Below, one piece after another: positions 1-13,265 of a stretch of DNA of 64,000 nt; position 1 is the first letter of the stretch, and each line of letters opens with the position of its first letter. The notes beneath the pieces were generated by a model, which saw nothing but the letters and a program-made list of their open reading frames with translations, was not told where the DNA came from and did no database searches. Source of the DNA: Alphaproteobacteria bacterium (GTDB lineage: Bacteria > Pseudomonadota > Alphaproteobacteria > RF32 > CAG-239). The stretch lies in assembly GCA_045221335.1 (NCBI GenBank), contig JBGUWS010000019.1, positions 77,421-141,420 of the forward strand, written 5' to 3'. Both the position numbers and the translations under genes were made by a program.

Positions 1-1
1 T

Positions 2-157
2 TTTTTTACCTAAATTATATGTTTCTTCGACATAAATAGGGCTGTTTCCACCGCGAGAACCTCCCGCAACAAAAACACGAATACCATCTTTTTTGTTTTC
101 TTTAATAAACTCTGATAGGAGTTTTCTTTCATCAACACAAACAGATTTTTCTACCAT
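2..157 (-). CDS. LOG family (TIGR00730-like) Rossmann-fold protein, 5' part only (runs off the window edge)
   Basis: Manual translation from ATG at 157: MVEKSVCVDERKLLSEFIKENKKDGIRVFVAGGSRGGNSPIYVEETYNLGKK, matching the LOG N-terminal pattern (V-F-x-G-S-R-x-G-x-x-P-x-Y...LG). Starts right after the tgt stop. Confidence 0.65.
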   Translation of the reverse strand, partial: MVEKSVCVDERKLLSEFIKENKKDGIRVFVAGGSRGGNSPIYVEETYNLGKK

Positions 158-158
158 A

Positions 159-2420
<2,262 letters not shown>

Positions 2421-2440
<20 letters not shown>

Positions 2441-3254
2441 TCTTGCTCTCCAAATCAAGTTTCTGAGCTATGTGATGGATGTCAATAGCTGCTTCAGAAG
2501 CAGGGTAACGGATTAAAAGCAATTCCTTATTTTTTACGGTGTCCCGTATTCTGGTATCAAAGCGCACAATTCCTAACAGTTTTGGCTCTTCAATGCCACT
2601 TCTTTCAATTGCTTTGCATAGCTCTTTGTATATTTTATACCCATCCTCGAAAGAATTTACTCTATTAATTATTAAATTGCAAGCAGCAGAAAGCCCACTT
2701 TTGTAAATAAATTGTACAAGCTCAAATGTTTTTACAAGATCCGAACTTTTATCTGAACAAACAATATTAATATTATCAGCCATTTGGCAAAAAATAAAAT
2801 TGTTTCTAGAAAGATCTGTCCCTATATCAATAATGGTGTGGTCATAATCTTTTGCTAATACTTTTAAGTCGTTAGAAAAAACGTGAACACGCCCTATAGG
2901 TTGTTCAGAAATGTAATTGTTACCAGGAAGGGCGGTTAATATATTGAAATTCTTATTCTTATAAGCTGTAACAAGCTGATTAAGTGTTTTTTTACCTGCA
3001 ATATATTCTTCAAGATACAAGGGATTATTCAAATAAATATAAGAACCAATATTTGAAAAACCACCATTACCATCAACTAAAAGTACTTTTCTCTTTTTTA
3101 AATTTAAAGCATGAGCTATACTCAAAGTACACCATGATGTACCAATACGCTCCGTTCCAGAAACAAAAACAGAAAGATGATGGTTTGGTTCTGTTTTGAT
3201 AAATAATTGTTCGTAAATATTGTTTAAATCTTTATTCAATTTTCCTCCAAACAT
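2421..3254 (-). CDS. MinD/FlhG/ParA-family protein with degenerate nucleotide-binding motifs
   Basis: Family-like blocks SIAHAL, KVLLVD, IINRVNSFEDG, LGIVRFD and YPASEAA. Walker A reads SGTERIGTS. Likely start is ATG 3254 (the ORF track extends further upstream). Confidence 0.8.
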
Positions 3255-3354
3255 AATATAACAAATTGAAGATAACACCAAAAAAGTAATAGATAAATCA
3301 TTTTTTAACATAATAACACTATATTTAAAGAGTGAAAGTTTTTTAGAGGTCCAG

Positions 3355-4296
3355 ATGAAGTTTTTAATAATAATGTTACTAAGTCTTACCAATGTGGCAG
3401 ATGTTTTGGCCGATGGTATGATAAAAATGATTAATTCAGAGATGTATGGCTTTAGTCAACCAGTGTATACAAAAGATGAGTATAAGGGAATCTCTTTTAA
3501 TATTAATGCAATCGCAAAGGAAGATGATTTTCCTTTGTCCTCTAGCGAACAAGGGTCAATATATGATAAGATTTTCAACGATCTGGCACAGAGATATGGA
3601 ATTTTAATCTCACTTAAATATTATCCCAAAAACTATATGCAAGCAGTGCAAAGTTTTGAAAGAGGCGAAAATGACGAAGCAATGGCTTTGTTTGGGGTTT
3701 ATTATAAAGAAGTCCCGTATTCAAACAACCAATATGTTTATCCGGCTTTCTTTAATAATGATATACACGTAATTTTTACTTCGAAAAGCAATATTCGCGT
3801 AGAAAATAAATCAGACTTAAAAAATTACAGGGGAATACATGTAACAAAAGATGAATTGCCAAATAATGTTAATCAAGAGTTATCCGTATTAGGAGTGAAG
3901 GAAGTTGAAGATTTCCCAGAAGCATACGAAGAGCTTTTAACAGGTAAGGCAGATTATCTGGTGGCAAGTTATTACAGAAGCATAATAGAGGCTTATAAGT
4001 TAGGAGTAAGAAATTATATTATATACAGTATTAATCCTATATGGAAGATTCCAATGTTTATTCGTGTTACACCTAGAATGGCAAAACACCCGAAAATGGA
4101 AATATTGCGCAAATATTTAAGAAGTAGCCAATATCAAAAGATCAGAGATGATGCTTTTGAAGAATTGATTGAAATCTATAAAGAAAGTACAAAAGGTGTT
4201 ATCCCTCCGACATACATAAATGAAGAAGAACCAACGGAAAATATTAATGAAGATTCCGTAAATAATAACAACGAGATAGAAAAACTTGAAAAATAA
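3355..4296 (+). CDS. Periplasmic substrate-binding protein (family 3-like, amino acid/polar ligand)
   Basis: Signal-like N-terminus; PBP2-type segments (YPAFF, DLKNYRG, LLTGKADYLV). No cognate ABC permease is adjacent. Confidence 0.6.
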   Translation: MKFLIIMLLSLTNVADVLADGMIKMINSEMYGFSQPVYTKDEYKGISFNINAIAKEDDFPLSSSEQGSIYDKIFNDLAQRYGILISLKYYPKNYMQAVQSFERGENDEAMALFGVYYKEVPYSNNQYVYPAFFNNDIHVIFTSKSNIRVENKSDLKNYRGIHVTKDELPNNVNQELSVLGVKEVEDFPEAYEELLTGKADYLVASYYRSIIEAYKLGVRNYIIYSINPIWKIPMFIRVTPRMAKHPKMEILRKYLRSSQYQKIRDDAFEELIEIYKESTKGVIPPTYINEEEPTENINEDSVNNNNEIEKLEK

Positions 4297-4338
4297 AAAA
4301 TACAGTATAGCATACCAGAACGTATAGGAGAGGTAAAA

Positions 4339-5007
4339 ATGGTTTTATTGGTTCATCATAGTGTATCTCCTCAGTCGCGCAAAATAAGATTAATAATGGC
4401 TGAGAAGAAGATGCTATTTGTCTTAAAAGAAGAGGAGCCTTGGAATATTTCTCCAGAAATAAGGAAAATTAACCCTTCTGGTGAGCTACCTGTTCTTGTT
4501 TTTGATGGTAATGTTATCTCGGGAAATTACGCAATCACTGAATATCTAGAGGAAAGCAATCCACAATACAAGCTTTTGCCTATAGAAGATCCAAAAGAGC
4601 GGGCAGAGGTTAGAAGAATTGTAGAGTGGTTTGATGTGAAATTTTATAATGAAGTATACAAATATATTGTTTTCGAAAAAATAATAAAGAGATTTCAGTT
4701 AAAAATGGCTCCAAATTCTAAAATTTTGAAAGCAGGACTGAATAATCTCAAATTTCATATGGAATATATAGACTATTTAGCAGATAAAAATAATTATATG
4801 GCAGGAAAAACTTTAAGCTTGGCGGACTTGACGGTCGCTGCACACCTATCGATTATTGATTATCTGGGAGATATACCTTGGTCGGAATATAAAAATGCAA
4901 AGCTATGGTACGCCAAAATTAAATCCAGACCGAGCTTTAAAGATATTCTAAAGGATAATATTCGAGGGATATATCCTTCGGCAAATTATGCAAATTTGGA
5001 TTTTTGA
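4339..5007 (+). CDS. fzlA: Glutathione S-transferase-fold protein, FtsZ-binding FzlA-like
   Basis: GST fold (SRKIRL..AEK, NPSGELPVL, SLADL); alphaproteobacterial FzlA signatures RAEVRRIVEWFD, DYLGDIPW, WYAKIKSRPSF and C-terminal YANLDF. Confidence 0.75.
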   Translation: MVLLVHHSVSPQSRKIRLIMAEKKMLFVLKEEEPWNISPEIRKINPSGELPVLVFDGNVISGNYAITEYLEESNPQYKLLPIEDPKERAEVRRIVEWFDVKFYNEVYKYIVFEKIIKRFQLKMAPNSKILKAGLNNLKFHMEYIDYLADKNNYMAGKTLSLADLTVAAHLSIIDYLGDIPWSEYKNAKLWYAKIKSRPSFKDILKDNIRGIYPSANYANLDF

Positions 5008-5009
5008 CC

Positions 5010-5462
5010 ATGAAAAAGATTTTAATCGCAATAACAATGTTTTTAGCCTCTTGTCACAGCGGTCCAAAGGGGCAGCTGGTTTTTCATTGGGATCGATATA
5101 ATACAGGAGGGATAAAATTTGCAAGAGACCATTCTGAATGCATGAGAAAAGCAGAAGCTTTTAAGTTTATACCAAGTTTCAGAAGTTGGTTTTATACAGA
5201 AGAACAGCGCTACAATACTGTTGTAAAGTGGCATAAAGAACATGGAATATGGGCAAGCTTTGTTCCTTATCCTGGTGCCATGCCAATAATGGTTAATTCT
5301 GTTCGAGATGATACAGATGTGAGCCCTAAAAAATACCAAAGGTGTATGTTGAAAAAGGGCTACGTTAATCGTACAATAAATGTGCCTGAAGCAAGTAATT
5401 TATTCATTTATAAACCACAAAGTGTGAATCAGGACGTTCCTCTGGATAGTACATATCCGTAA
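5010..5462 (+). CDS. Hypothetical lipoprotein
   Basis: MKKILIAITMFLASC lipobox; ATG at 5010 directly after the fzlA stop. Confidence 0.6.
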   Translation: MKKILIAITMFLASCHSGPKGQLVFHWDRYNTGGIKFARDHSECMRKAEAFKFIPSFRSWFYTEEQRYNTVVKWHKEHGIWASFVPYPGAMPIMVNSVRDDTDVSPKKYQRCMLKKGYVNRTINVPEASNLFIYKPQSVNQDVPLDSTYP

Positions 5463-5464
5463 AT

Positions 5465-8400
5465 TTAATTAAAAAAGTTATATCCGCCACCCGTGGCTTT
5501 ATAAAAAGCGACAATATTCTGCAAGATCTCAGAATTACTTTCAATAAGCTGATTTTGTGATGCTAGTAGGTTTTGTTCTGCTTGAGATACGTCTGTGAAA
5601 TCAACCAGTCCATTTTTGTATTTTTCATAGGTTAGTTTCATAATATTTTGCATTTTTACAAAAGAGTTTTTTTGATAGTAATTTTTTTTATATGCTTGTT
5701 CTACGAAAAATATTGTGTTTTTTACATCTGTTAAGGCCGTCAACAAAGCTTCGTTATAGTTGAGAATATACTCATCTTTCAGGTGCTTTTGCATTTCCAC
5801 ATTATTAGTTAATTGTTCCCAATGCCATATAGGTGTCATAATACCGGGGGTATAACCATATAACTGATTTTTTGTGTCAAAAAGACCTTGCCCTTTTGGC
5901 GCTAGATAACCAAAAGCAGCACTTAGACTAAGTGATGGATAAAGATTTGTGATAGCTTGATTTAATGAAGCATTTTGAGAAAGAACCATAGCTTCTGCGA
6001 TTTTAACATCTGGCCTTGATTGAATGACAGAAAGGGGGAGGTTATGCAAAGATTTAACGCTGTATTTAAACGTTGAAGATGTTATATTTTTGCGAGGATT
6101 ATCTAAATTAATAGGTAAAGAAGATGGCGTTGTTCCTAAAAGAGTGGCTATTGCATTTTTATATTTTTCTATTTGAGTTAAAATTATTGGTACAGATGTC
6201 TTTGTTGTTTCAATAGTATATTCTGCTTGATTAAGGGATAAATCATCCGCTATACCCGCCAAATTTTTATCTTTAATTGTTTGAAAAATTTTTTGTTGTA
6301 ATTGGATGTTTTTTTGAGCAATAAATAGTTTTTGCTGAGCCTCTCTTAATAAAATGTAATCCTTGATAATTTCAGCAGTAAACGAATTTTTTAAATCAGA
6401 AAGAGAATAAACAGCCTCATCCATAAGAGCTCTATATTGGTTGCGGACATACTTTTCTCTTCCCCATATATCTATTTCCCAAGAAGCATCAAATCCAAGT
6501 TTAAACACATTTGTGTTTTCATAGATATTTGAAGCATTATTTGATTTATTGTAATTATATTGGCCGGATAAATCAAACATTGGCAAAAAAGTAACTGAAT
6601 TTATATTTAGATTGTATCTGGACTGTAGCAAACGTTCATTTGCCTGTTTTATGGATAAATTGTCTTTTAATCCGTGCTGTAATAGTGTATTTAAATCATT
6701 ATCTTGAAAAACGGTGTACCAATCTGGCATTATTTTTGTGTCAGATTGCTTTAGTAGTAGGTTCTTTTGTATTTCTGTGTCTTCCAATTTTGGCAAAATA
6801 ACTTCATCACTACCAACATGACAAGAAGCTAAAAAAATAACCAAAAAAACAATAATACCTCTATGATAAAGCCTACGATTACTTTTTTTGGTATACGGTG
6901 TTTTTAAAGTGGAAAAACGCTCTTTAATTGTTTCGAACAGTGCAAAAAAAGCAGGAACAAAAATAACACCAACAAAGGTGGCGCATATCATTCCAAAAAA
7001 CACGGTTACCCCAATGGAAATTTGGGAATTTGCTCCGGGACCGGAAGCTACGACCATTGGAAAAACGCCCAGAATAAAAGTCATTGCTGTCATCAAAACA
7101 GCGCGAAACCTTTCTTCAGCTCCTTTTTTTGAAGATTCAAGAATGCTAAAGCCTTGTTCTCTATAATTTTTTGTGAACTCAACAATTAAAATAGCATTTT
7201 TAGCCGCTAATCCGATAAGGAGCACAATTCCCAATTGTGCGTAAATACTTAATGGAAGTTTATACAAATGTAACCCCAAAAATGCGCCTAATATAGCAAA
7301 AACAGTCGAGAACATTACAGAAAAAGCCAGCATCCAACTTTCATATTGTGCGACCAAAAACAAATAACAAAACACAACAGCAAGAGAAATTAAAAAACCC
7401 ACCAATCCACGGGTTTCCGCCTCTTGCAAAGACAGTCCTGTCCAAACAATATCAAACCCATGTGGTAAAGTTTGTTTTGCCAGTTGTTCAACAGAATCCA
7501 TGGCTTGTCCACTACTGGCACTTTCTGGAATTTGAAGTGTAATGGGGGCTGCTGTATATAAATTATACCGGTAAATGATGGTCGGTGAAATCTGGGTAGA
7601 AATATCTGTAAAACTATCAATTTTTATTAAATTATTTGAAACTGATTTTACATACAAATTTTTTATATTTTCTAAGCTTTTTCTATAATCAAAATCGGCC
7701 TGTAATATAACACGATTAATTTGACCATTTAGGGTAATATTATTAATATATGTGGCACCAAAATTATTTTGCAGTGTTGAAAATATATCTGCAATAGAAA
7801 CACCAGAAGATAACAGTTTTTCTCTGTTTATATCAAGATAAACATGCGGAGTATCAGAAGTAAAAGTGCTAAACGCAAAAGAAACATCATGAAGACCATT
7901 AAGATTTTGCAGATATTGTTTCAAAACTGAATATAAATATTGAGGGCTATAAGCTGTGTTTTGAGCAAATAACTCAAGAGACAGCCCATTACTTTGCCCG
8001 ATTCCTGGTATAGCAGGGGGTGCAAAAAAATTAAGTTGCACATTTTTTAAATTAGAGAAATTTTGTATGAGATCCTCGGTGATGTTATTAATTGATAATG
8101 AAGGTAGCTGCCTTTCTTTCCAATCTTTTAACCCGATAACACCCAAAGCAACGTTTTCACCACCGCCGCCTAATAAACTATATCCGGCAACACTTATAAA
8201 ATATTGAACACCAGGTAACTCGAGTATTTTGCTATTTATTTTGTTTAAAATATTATTTGTTTGATTTATGCTTGAGGTACTATCAAGCTGAACATTAGCA
8301 AATATGATGCCCTGATCTTCCTCTGGCAAAAATGATGTGGCTGTGAATTTAAAATAAAGACCGATGATAGTAATGGCAACTAAAAAAGCAAACACTGTAT

Positions 8401-10012
8401 AAAGCAAATTTTTAGCAAAAAAACCGACGATTCTAATGTAAAATTTTTTAATAAGATCCAATCCATTGTTAAACCAGACAAAAAGTTTAAAGGACGTTTG
8501 AAGAGAAGATCCTTTATTGAGAAAAACAGAGCACAGTGCAGGGCTGAGTGTAAGAGCATTAAAAGCAGAAAAAACAACAGCAGAAGCGATAGCAACAGCA
8601 AATTGTTGATATATACGCCCAGTAATTCCAGCCATCAAACCAACAGGAACAAAAATCGCCAATAAAACGCATGTTGTTGCGACAATTGCACTGCTTATTT
8701 GCTGCATAGCCTCAACGGAAGCGTTATAAGAATCAAGATTTTCGTGTACCATCAGATATTGTGCGCGTTCAACCACAACAATGGCATCATCAACAACCAG
8801 ACCAATAACTAAAATCATAGCAAAGAGTGTTAAAATATTAATATCAAAATCGAGAAGATATATAACAACAAATGTTGCAATCAAAGAAACAGGTATTGTA
8901 ATTAAAGGAATGAGAGTTGTTTTTATTTTCTGCAAAAATAAAAAAGTGACAAGAATAACTAAACCAAAAGTTATAAATAAGGTATCTATAATTGCCTTTA
9001 TAGATGCGCGAACAAAATTTGTTGAATCGTATGCGATATCAATTTGCATATCATCTGGAAAAGATTTTGAAAGTTGTAAAATTTTTTGTTTGACATCATC
9101 CATTGTTTGTAAAGCATTTGTGTTTGGTGTTTGATTAAGTGCAATAATAACTGCCGGAGAATCATTATATTTGGAGCTTATATTATAAGAATCTCTCCCC
9201 AACTCAATATGAGCAACATCTTTTAGATAAACAATGCCTCCATTATCATCGGAAGATATAATAATATTTGAAAAATCTTCGACACTATTTAACAATCCCT
9301 TTGCGGTTAAATGTAAGACGAGGTTAGTGTCAGAACTACTTGGAGAGGAACCGATGCTTCCTAAGGCGGCTTGAATATTTTGTGATTTTACAGCGGAGAC
9401 AATATCCTCGCTATTTAATCCCAAAGATGATATTTTTTCTGCATCCAGCCATATGCGCATGCTATATTGAGGACCAAAAATTTGAACATCTCCCACGCCA
9501 TATAATCGGGATAAAGGATTTTTAATATTTGTATAGGCAAAATTACTCAAATATAGGTCATTATAGGTGTTTTTGGGAGATCTTAGGGCAATTAAAGCGA
9601 GAATATCAGCATTTTCGCTAGAAACATCTATACCGTTTTGAACAACTTCTTCTGGTAGTTCGCTATTAACCTGTTGTAAGCGATTTTGAATTTTTACTTG
9701 GGCAATATCCGGATCAGTACCGATGTTGAAGGTAACTGTCAGAACATAAGAACCATTATCGTCGGATGTTGATGACATATAGAGCATATTTTCTATACCA
9801 TTCATTTGATTTTCAATAGGAACCGCAACCGTTTCTGTTAAAACGTTTGCATTTGCACCCAAATAACTTGTTTTAACATTAACTTGCGGTGGAGTAATGT
9901 TTGGAAATTGTGAAACAGGAAGAGACTTTATGGCCAACAACCCTAAAATGACCATAATAACCGAAATAACTACGGCAAAGCGTGGTCTGTCAATAAAAAA
10001 CTTAGAAAACAT
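5465..10012 (-). CDS. HAE1-type RND efflux permease fused to a NodT/OprM-type outer-membrane factor
   Basis: About the first 1030 aa are AcrB-like ([47 protein letters not shown]). An internal lipobox FLASC (Cys1064) follows, then OEP repeats ([25 protein letters not shown]). Confidence 0.9.
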   Translation of the reverse strand: MFSKFFIDRPRFAVVISVIMVILGLLAIKSLPVSQFPNITPPQVNVKTSYLGANANVLTETVAVPIENQMNGIENMLYMSSTSDDNGSYVLTVTFNIGTDPDIAQVKIQNRLQQVNSELPEEVVQNGIDVSSENADILALIALRSPKNTYNDLYLSNFAYTNIKNPLSRLYGVGDVQIFGPQYSMRIWLDAEKISSLGLNSEDIVSAVKSQNIQAALGSIGSSPSSSDTNLVLHLTAKGLLNSVEDFSNIIISSDDNGGIVYLKDVAHIELGRDSYNISSKYNDSPAVIIALNQTPNTNALQTMDDVKQKILQLSKSFPDDMQIDIAYDSTNFVRASIKAIIDTLFITFGLVILVTFLFLQKIKTTLIPLITIPVSLIATFVVIYLLDFDINILTLFAMILVIGLVVDDAIVVVERAQYLMVHENLDSYNASVEAMQQISSAIVATTCVLLAIFVPVGLMAGITGRIYQQFAVAIASAVVFSAFNALTLSPALCSVFLNKGSSLQTSFKLFVWFNNGLDLIKKFYIRIVGFFAKNLLYTVFAFLVAITIIGLYFKFTATSFLPEEDQGIIFANVQLDSTSSINQTNNILNKINSKILELPGVQYFISVAGYSLLGGGGENVALGVIGLKDWKERQLPSLSINNITEDLIQNFSNLKNVQLNFFAPPAIPGIGQSNGLSLELFAQNTAYSPQYLYSVLKQYLQNLNGLHDVSFAFSTFTSDTPHVYLDINREKLLSSGVSIADIFSTLQNNFGATYINNITLNGQINRVILQADFDYRKSLENIKNLYVKSVSNNLIKIDSFTDISTQISPTIIYRYNLYTAAPITLQIPESASSGQAMDSVEQLAKQTLPHGFDIVWTGLSLQEAETRGLVGFLISLAVVFCYLFLVAQYESWMLAFSVMFSTVFAILGAFLGLHLYKLPLSIYAQLGIVLLIGLAAKNAILIVEFTKNYREQGFSILESSKKGAEERFRAVLMTAMTFILGVFPMVVASGPGANSQISIGVTVFFGMICATFVGVIFVPAFFALFETIKERFSTLKTPYTKKSNRRLYHRGIIVFLVIFLASCHVGSDEVILPKLEDTEIQKNLLLKQSDTKIMPDWYTVFQDNDLNTLLQHGLKDNLSIKQANERLLQSRYNLNINSVTFLPMFDLSGQYNYNKSNNASNIYENTNVFKLGFDASWEIDIWGREKYVRNQYRALMDEAVYSLSDLKNSFTAEIIKDYILLREAQQKLFIAQKNIQLQQKIFQTIKDKNLAGIADDLSLNQAEYTIETTKTSVPIILTQIEKYKNAIATLLGTTPSSLPINLDNPRKNITSSTFKYSVKSLHNLPLSVIQSRPDVKIAEAMVLSQNASLNQAITNLYPSLSLSAAFGYLAPKGQGLFDTKNQLYGYTPGIMTPIWHWEQLTNNVEMQKHLKDEYILNYNEALLTALTDVKNTIFFVEQAYKKNYYQKNSFVKMQNIMKLTYEKYKNGLVDFTDVSQAEQNLLASQNQLIESNSEILQNIVAFYKATGGGYNFFN

Positions 10013-11148
10013 TATTTGCCTCTACTTTTTACATTAAAGCTGATATTTGTTGTTTTGTTTAAAGAAGATGTGTCGTCCAAAATAAGCATATCACCAGACA
10101 AGAACGTATTTTTAATGATGTATTGATTTCCTTTTTCTGCTAAAATTTTAATTGGAACGTTTAGAACATGATTTTTTCTTGCAATATTCAGAAAATAACC
10201 GGAGGATTCCATGTTTATGTAATTTTTATCAATAAGAACAGCGTTTTTAAAAGTATGATAGGCTTCAATAGTCACAAAGGCATTAGGTAGAAGTTCTTTG
10301 TTATGGTTTTGGAAATAAGCGTAAACAGCTAAGGAATTTGTATTTTTATTTACCTTATTATCGGTATATTCTATTTTACCTGGGTATTTAAAAGTTTTTC
10401 CATTTGCCAGTACAAGTTTTATAACACTGTCCTTAAACGTCGGTTCTTCATTAAAATTCAAATATTCAACATCTGAAATAGAAAAAACAACACGGACAGG
10501 ATCTATTTGCACAAGATCAAGTAAAAAAGGTGAGCTTGGAGAAACATAATCACCGGGGCTGAGGTCAAAATTTCCAATCAGCCCAGAGAAAGAGGCTTTG
10601 ATTTTGGTATAATCATAATTAATTTTAGCAAAGTCCCTGTTTGCTTCTGCACTTTTTAATGCTGCCTGTGCTTGTAGATAATCACTCTTAGCATTAGCTT
10701 GTTCAATTTCTGAAAAAGCTTTGTTTCCAGATTTTATAACACGATTATAGTAATTTTCACTATAATTAAGAGCAGCCTTAGCCTTATCAACAAGCGCTTC
10801 TTCTGTTTTTAACTTTGTCTCATATTCTTTAGGGTCTATAGTAATCAACAAATCCCCTTCATCAACCATCTCTCCGGGTTTAACAACAACATCTTTAATA
10901 TAACCGCTAACATAAGGAACAATTTGGACATGATTAATTGCTTCAACATGACCGATATATTTGTTTTTTGTTGTGACATCTTCTGCCACAATTGGAGAGG
11001 TATTAAGGGTTATTGTATCAATTAAATTTTTTGTTTTAGAGTTTCTTTTCTGCATATAATAAAACAAAGAACACCCTAGAACAAAACAAAAAAAACAGAA
11101 ATAAAACATATATAACAGATAAGATTTATGTTTACTTGCTTTAGCCAT
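10012..11148 (-). CDS. RND periplasmic adaptor (membrane fusion protein)
   Basis: N-terminal TM anchor, lipoyl-like segment ([20 protein letters not shown]), coiled-coil hairpin, [20 protein letters not shown]. Its stop overlaps the permease start. Confidence 0.92.
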   Translation of the reverse strand: MAKASKHKSYLLYMFYFCFFCFVLGCSLFYYMQKRNSKTKNLIDTITLNTSPIVAEDVTTKNKYIGHVEAINHVQIVPYVSGYIKDVVVKPGEMVDEGDLLITIDPKEYETKLKTEEALVDKAKAALNYSENYYNRVIKSGNKAFSEIEQANAKSDYLQAQAALKSAEANRDFAKINYDYTKIKASFSGLIGNFDLSPGDYVSPSSPFLLDLVQIDPVRVVFSISDVEYLNFNEEPTFKDSVIKLVLANGKTFKYPGKIEYTDNKVNKNTNSLAVYAYFQNHNKELLPNAFVTIEAYHTFKNAVLIDKNYINMESSGYFLNIARKNHVLNVPIKILAEKGNQYIIKNTFLSGDMLILDDTSSLNKTTNISFNVKSRGK

Positions 11149-11212
11149 TATCAACCCTTTGCTTACAATTAATACAAAGAATAGATAATAAGGAAATAAA
11201 CCAATTCAACCC

Positions 11213-12091
11213 TCACTGCATAAGTTCTATAGCTTTACTGATTTTTTTTATAGAATTAAGTTCTATCTGTCGCACGCGCTCCTTTGATATATTATACGTT
11301 TTGCTTAGTTCATCTAAAGTAATATTTTTTTCATAAAGTCGTCGTTTAAATAAAATATCTTTTTCTCTTGTATTTAAGACATAAAGAGCTTGATTAAATA
11401 ATTTTTTTCTAAATCGTATAGTTTCGGCATGGGCCAAACTTTCTTCCTGATTAGGTTTATTATCAGATATAAAGTCCATCCATTCACTGGAGCCATCGTT
11501 GCCATCATCAATAACGGCATTCAGAGATCCGTCATGCGATTTTAAGCGCATATTCATATCAGCAACTTCTTGAACACTGACATCAAGAGATTTTGCGATA
11601 TCAGAAAGTATATGTTGGGACAACTCTCTATCATCAATAAGATTAAGTTTATTTTTTATTTTTCGTAGATTGAAAAATAATTTTTTTTGTGCTGCTGTCG
11701 TTCCCAACTTAACTAAAGACCAAGAGTTTAAAATATATTTCTGAACAGAAGCCTTAATCCACCAAAGAGCATAAGTAGAAAAACGAAACCCTTTTTCTGG
11801 TACAAATTTATCAATAGCGTACATCAAACCGATATTTCCTTCGGATATCATTTCACTAATGGGTAATCCATACCCTTTATATTTAGAAACAACCTTTACC
11901 ACAAGCCTGAGGTGAGAAGTTATGAGCTTATATGCCAAAACTCTGTCCTTAGTTTGTTGGTACTGTAGAGCCATATCGTATTCTTCATCAGAAGTTAGAA
12001 TTGGAAATTTTTTTATAGATTGCAAATAACGAGAAAGGTTTTCTTCGGGTGAAAAATTTAGTCCATTTAGAGTAGTAAGTTGATCTTTCAT
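11213..12091 (-). CDS. rpoH: RNA polymerase sigma-32 factor
   Basis: Sigma70-family regions 2-4, RpoH box QKKLFFNLR, region 4 SKERVRQIE; next to rluD as in alphaproteobacteria. Confidence 0.93.
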   Translation of the reverse strand: MKDQLTTLNGLNFSPEENLSRYLQSIKKFPILTSDEEYDMALQYQQTKDRVLAYKLITSHLRLVVKVVSKYKGYGLPISEMISEGNIGLMYAIDKFVPEKGFRFSTYALWWIKASVQKYILNSWSLVKLGTTAAQKKLFFNLRKIKNKLNLIDDRELSQHILSDIAKSLDVSVQEVADMNMRLKSHDGSLNAVIDDGNDGSSEWMDFISDNKPNQEESLAHAETIRFRKKLFNQALYVLNTREKDILFKRRLYEKNITLDELSKTYNISKERVRQIELNSIKKISKAIELMQ

Positions 12092-12190
12092 ACTTTTTCT
12101 CCTAAAAATTGACTAAAGGAGATATTATAGTATAAAAACTTTTCCACAACCTAGACAATGGTTTTATAAATTAAAGACAAAAGTTTATAT

Positions 12191-13162
12191 TTAAGATCTT
12201 AATAACAATAAAAGATCCTTCATATCACCGGGAAAATCTGCCTCAAATTTCATAAATTTTTTTGTCTTAGGGTGCACAAAGCCCAAAGAATAAGCATGGA
12301 GAGCTTGTCTTGGAAAATCGTTAATTACTGATTTCAATGGTTGAGGTAGCTGAAGTTGGCTTTTTTTTGCCTTCACGTAAACATCATCACCGACAAGGTT
12401 GTGTCCTTTGCTTGAAAGATGCACACGTATTTGGTGAGTACGTCCTGTCTCGAGATTACATTTCAGAAGAGAGATAGAATTATGAAAGATTTCCATTGTT
12501 TCATAATGAGTAACCGCCGGCTTACCGCCACTTGAAACGATAGCCATTTTCTTTCTATCAAAATTACTACGCGCAATGTTTCCCTCGATGGTTCCCTTAA
12601 CAGGAGACAAAATACCATACACGATGGCATAATAGGTACGTTCAATAGAGTGTTCTAGAAATTGTTCGGATAAAAAACGGTGAGCCATATCATTTTTAGC
12701 AACAACCAAAACACCGCTCGTATTTTTATCAATACGATGAACTATGCCCGGACGAATAACCCCGCCGATTCCTGAAAGAGAATCTCGGCAATGATAAAGC
12801 AAGGCATTAACTAATGTTCCGTTGTACACACCAGCTGCGGGGTGTACTGTCATACCTGCTGGTTTGTTAACAACAATAACATCATCATCTTCAAACAAGA
12901 TATCTAAAGGAATGTCTTCTGCAACAGGAAGGCCTTCTGTTGGTTCAGGTAAAATAATCTGATAAACGTCGCCTTCGTGAACCTTAAAATTTTTATCTGT
13001 AACGACCTCCTCGTCAACAAACACACATCCATCATCAATAAGTCTTTGGATCTGATTTCTTGAAAAACAAGAAAATTCATCAGCTATAAACTTATCGATT
13101 CTCTGTTTAGTGTGAGAGATATCAACAGGTTTTGTATAAAGAAAATTTTTTTCATCAGACAT
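12191..13162 (-). CDS. rluD: RluA-family 23S rRNA pseudouridine synthase with S4 domain
   Basis: S4 domain, NKPAGMTVHP, catalytic HRIDKNTSG, ETGRTHQIRVH, QALHA. Confidence 0.9.
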   Translation of the reverse strand: MSDEKNFLYTKPVDISHTKQRIDKFIADEFSCFSRNQIQRLIDDGCVFVDEEVVTDKNFKVHEGDVYQIILPEPTEGLPVAEDIPLDILFEDDDVIVVNKPAGMTVHPAAGVYNGTLVNALLYHCRDSLSGIGGVIRPGIVHRIDKNTSGVLVVAKNDMAHRFLSEQFLEHSIERTYYAIVYGILSPVKGTIEGNIARSNFDRKKMAIVSSGGKPAVTHYETMEIFHNSISLLKCNLETGRTHQIRVHLSSKGHNLVGDDVYVKAKKSQLQLPQPLKSVINDFPRQALHAYSLGFVHPKTKKFMKFEADFPGDMKDLLLLLRS

Positions 13163-13265
13163 GGATTTTGTATTAAGTATATTTTCACAAATTTAGAGTA
13201 AGATAACGCAAAGACAATAATAAATCAAGAGCATATTTTGACTCATAACAAAGCGGAGAAAGCAA

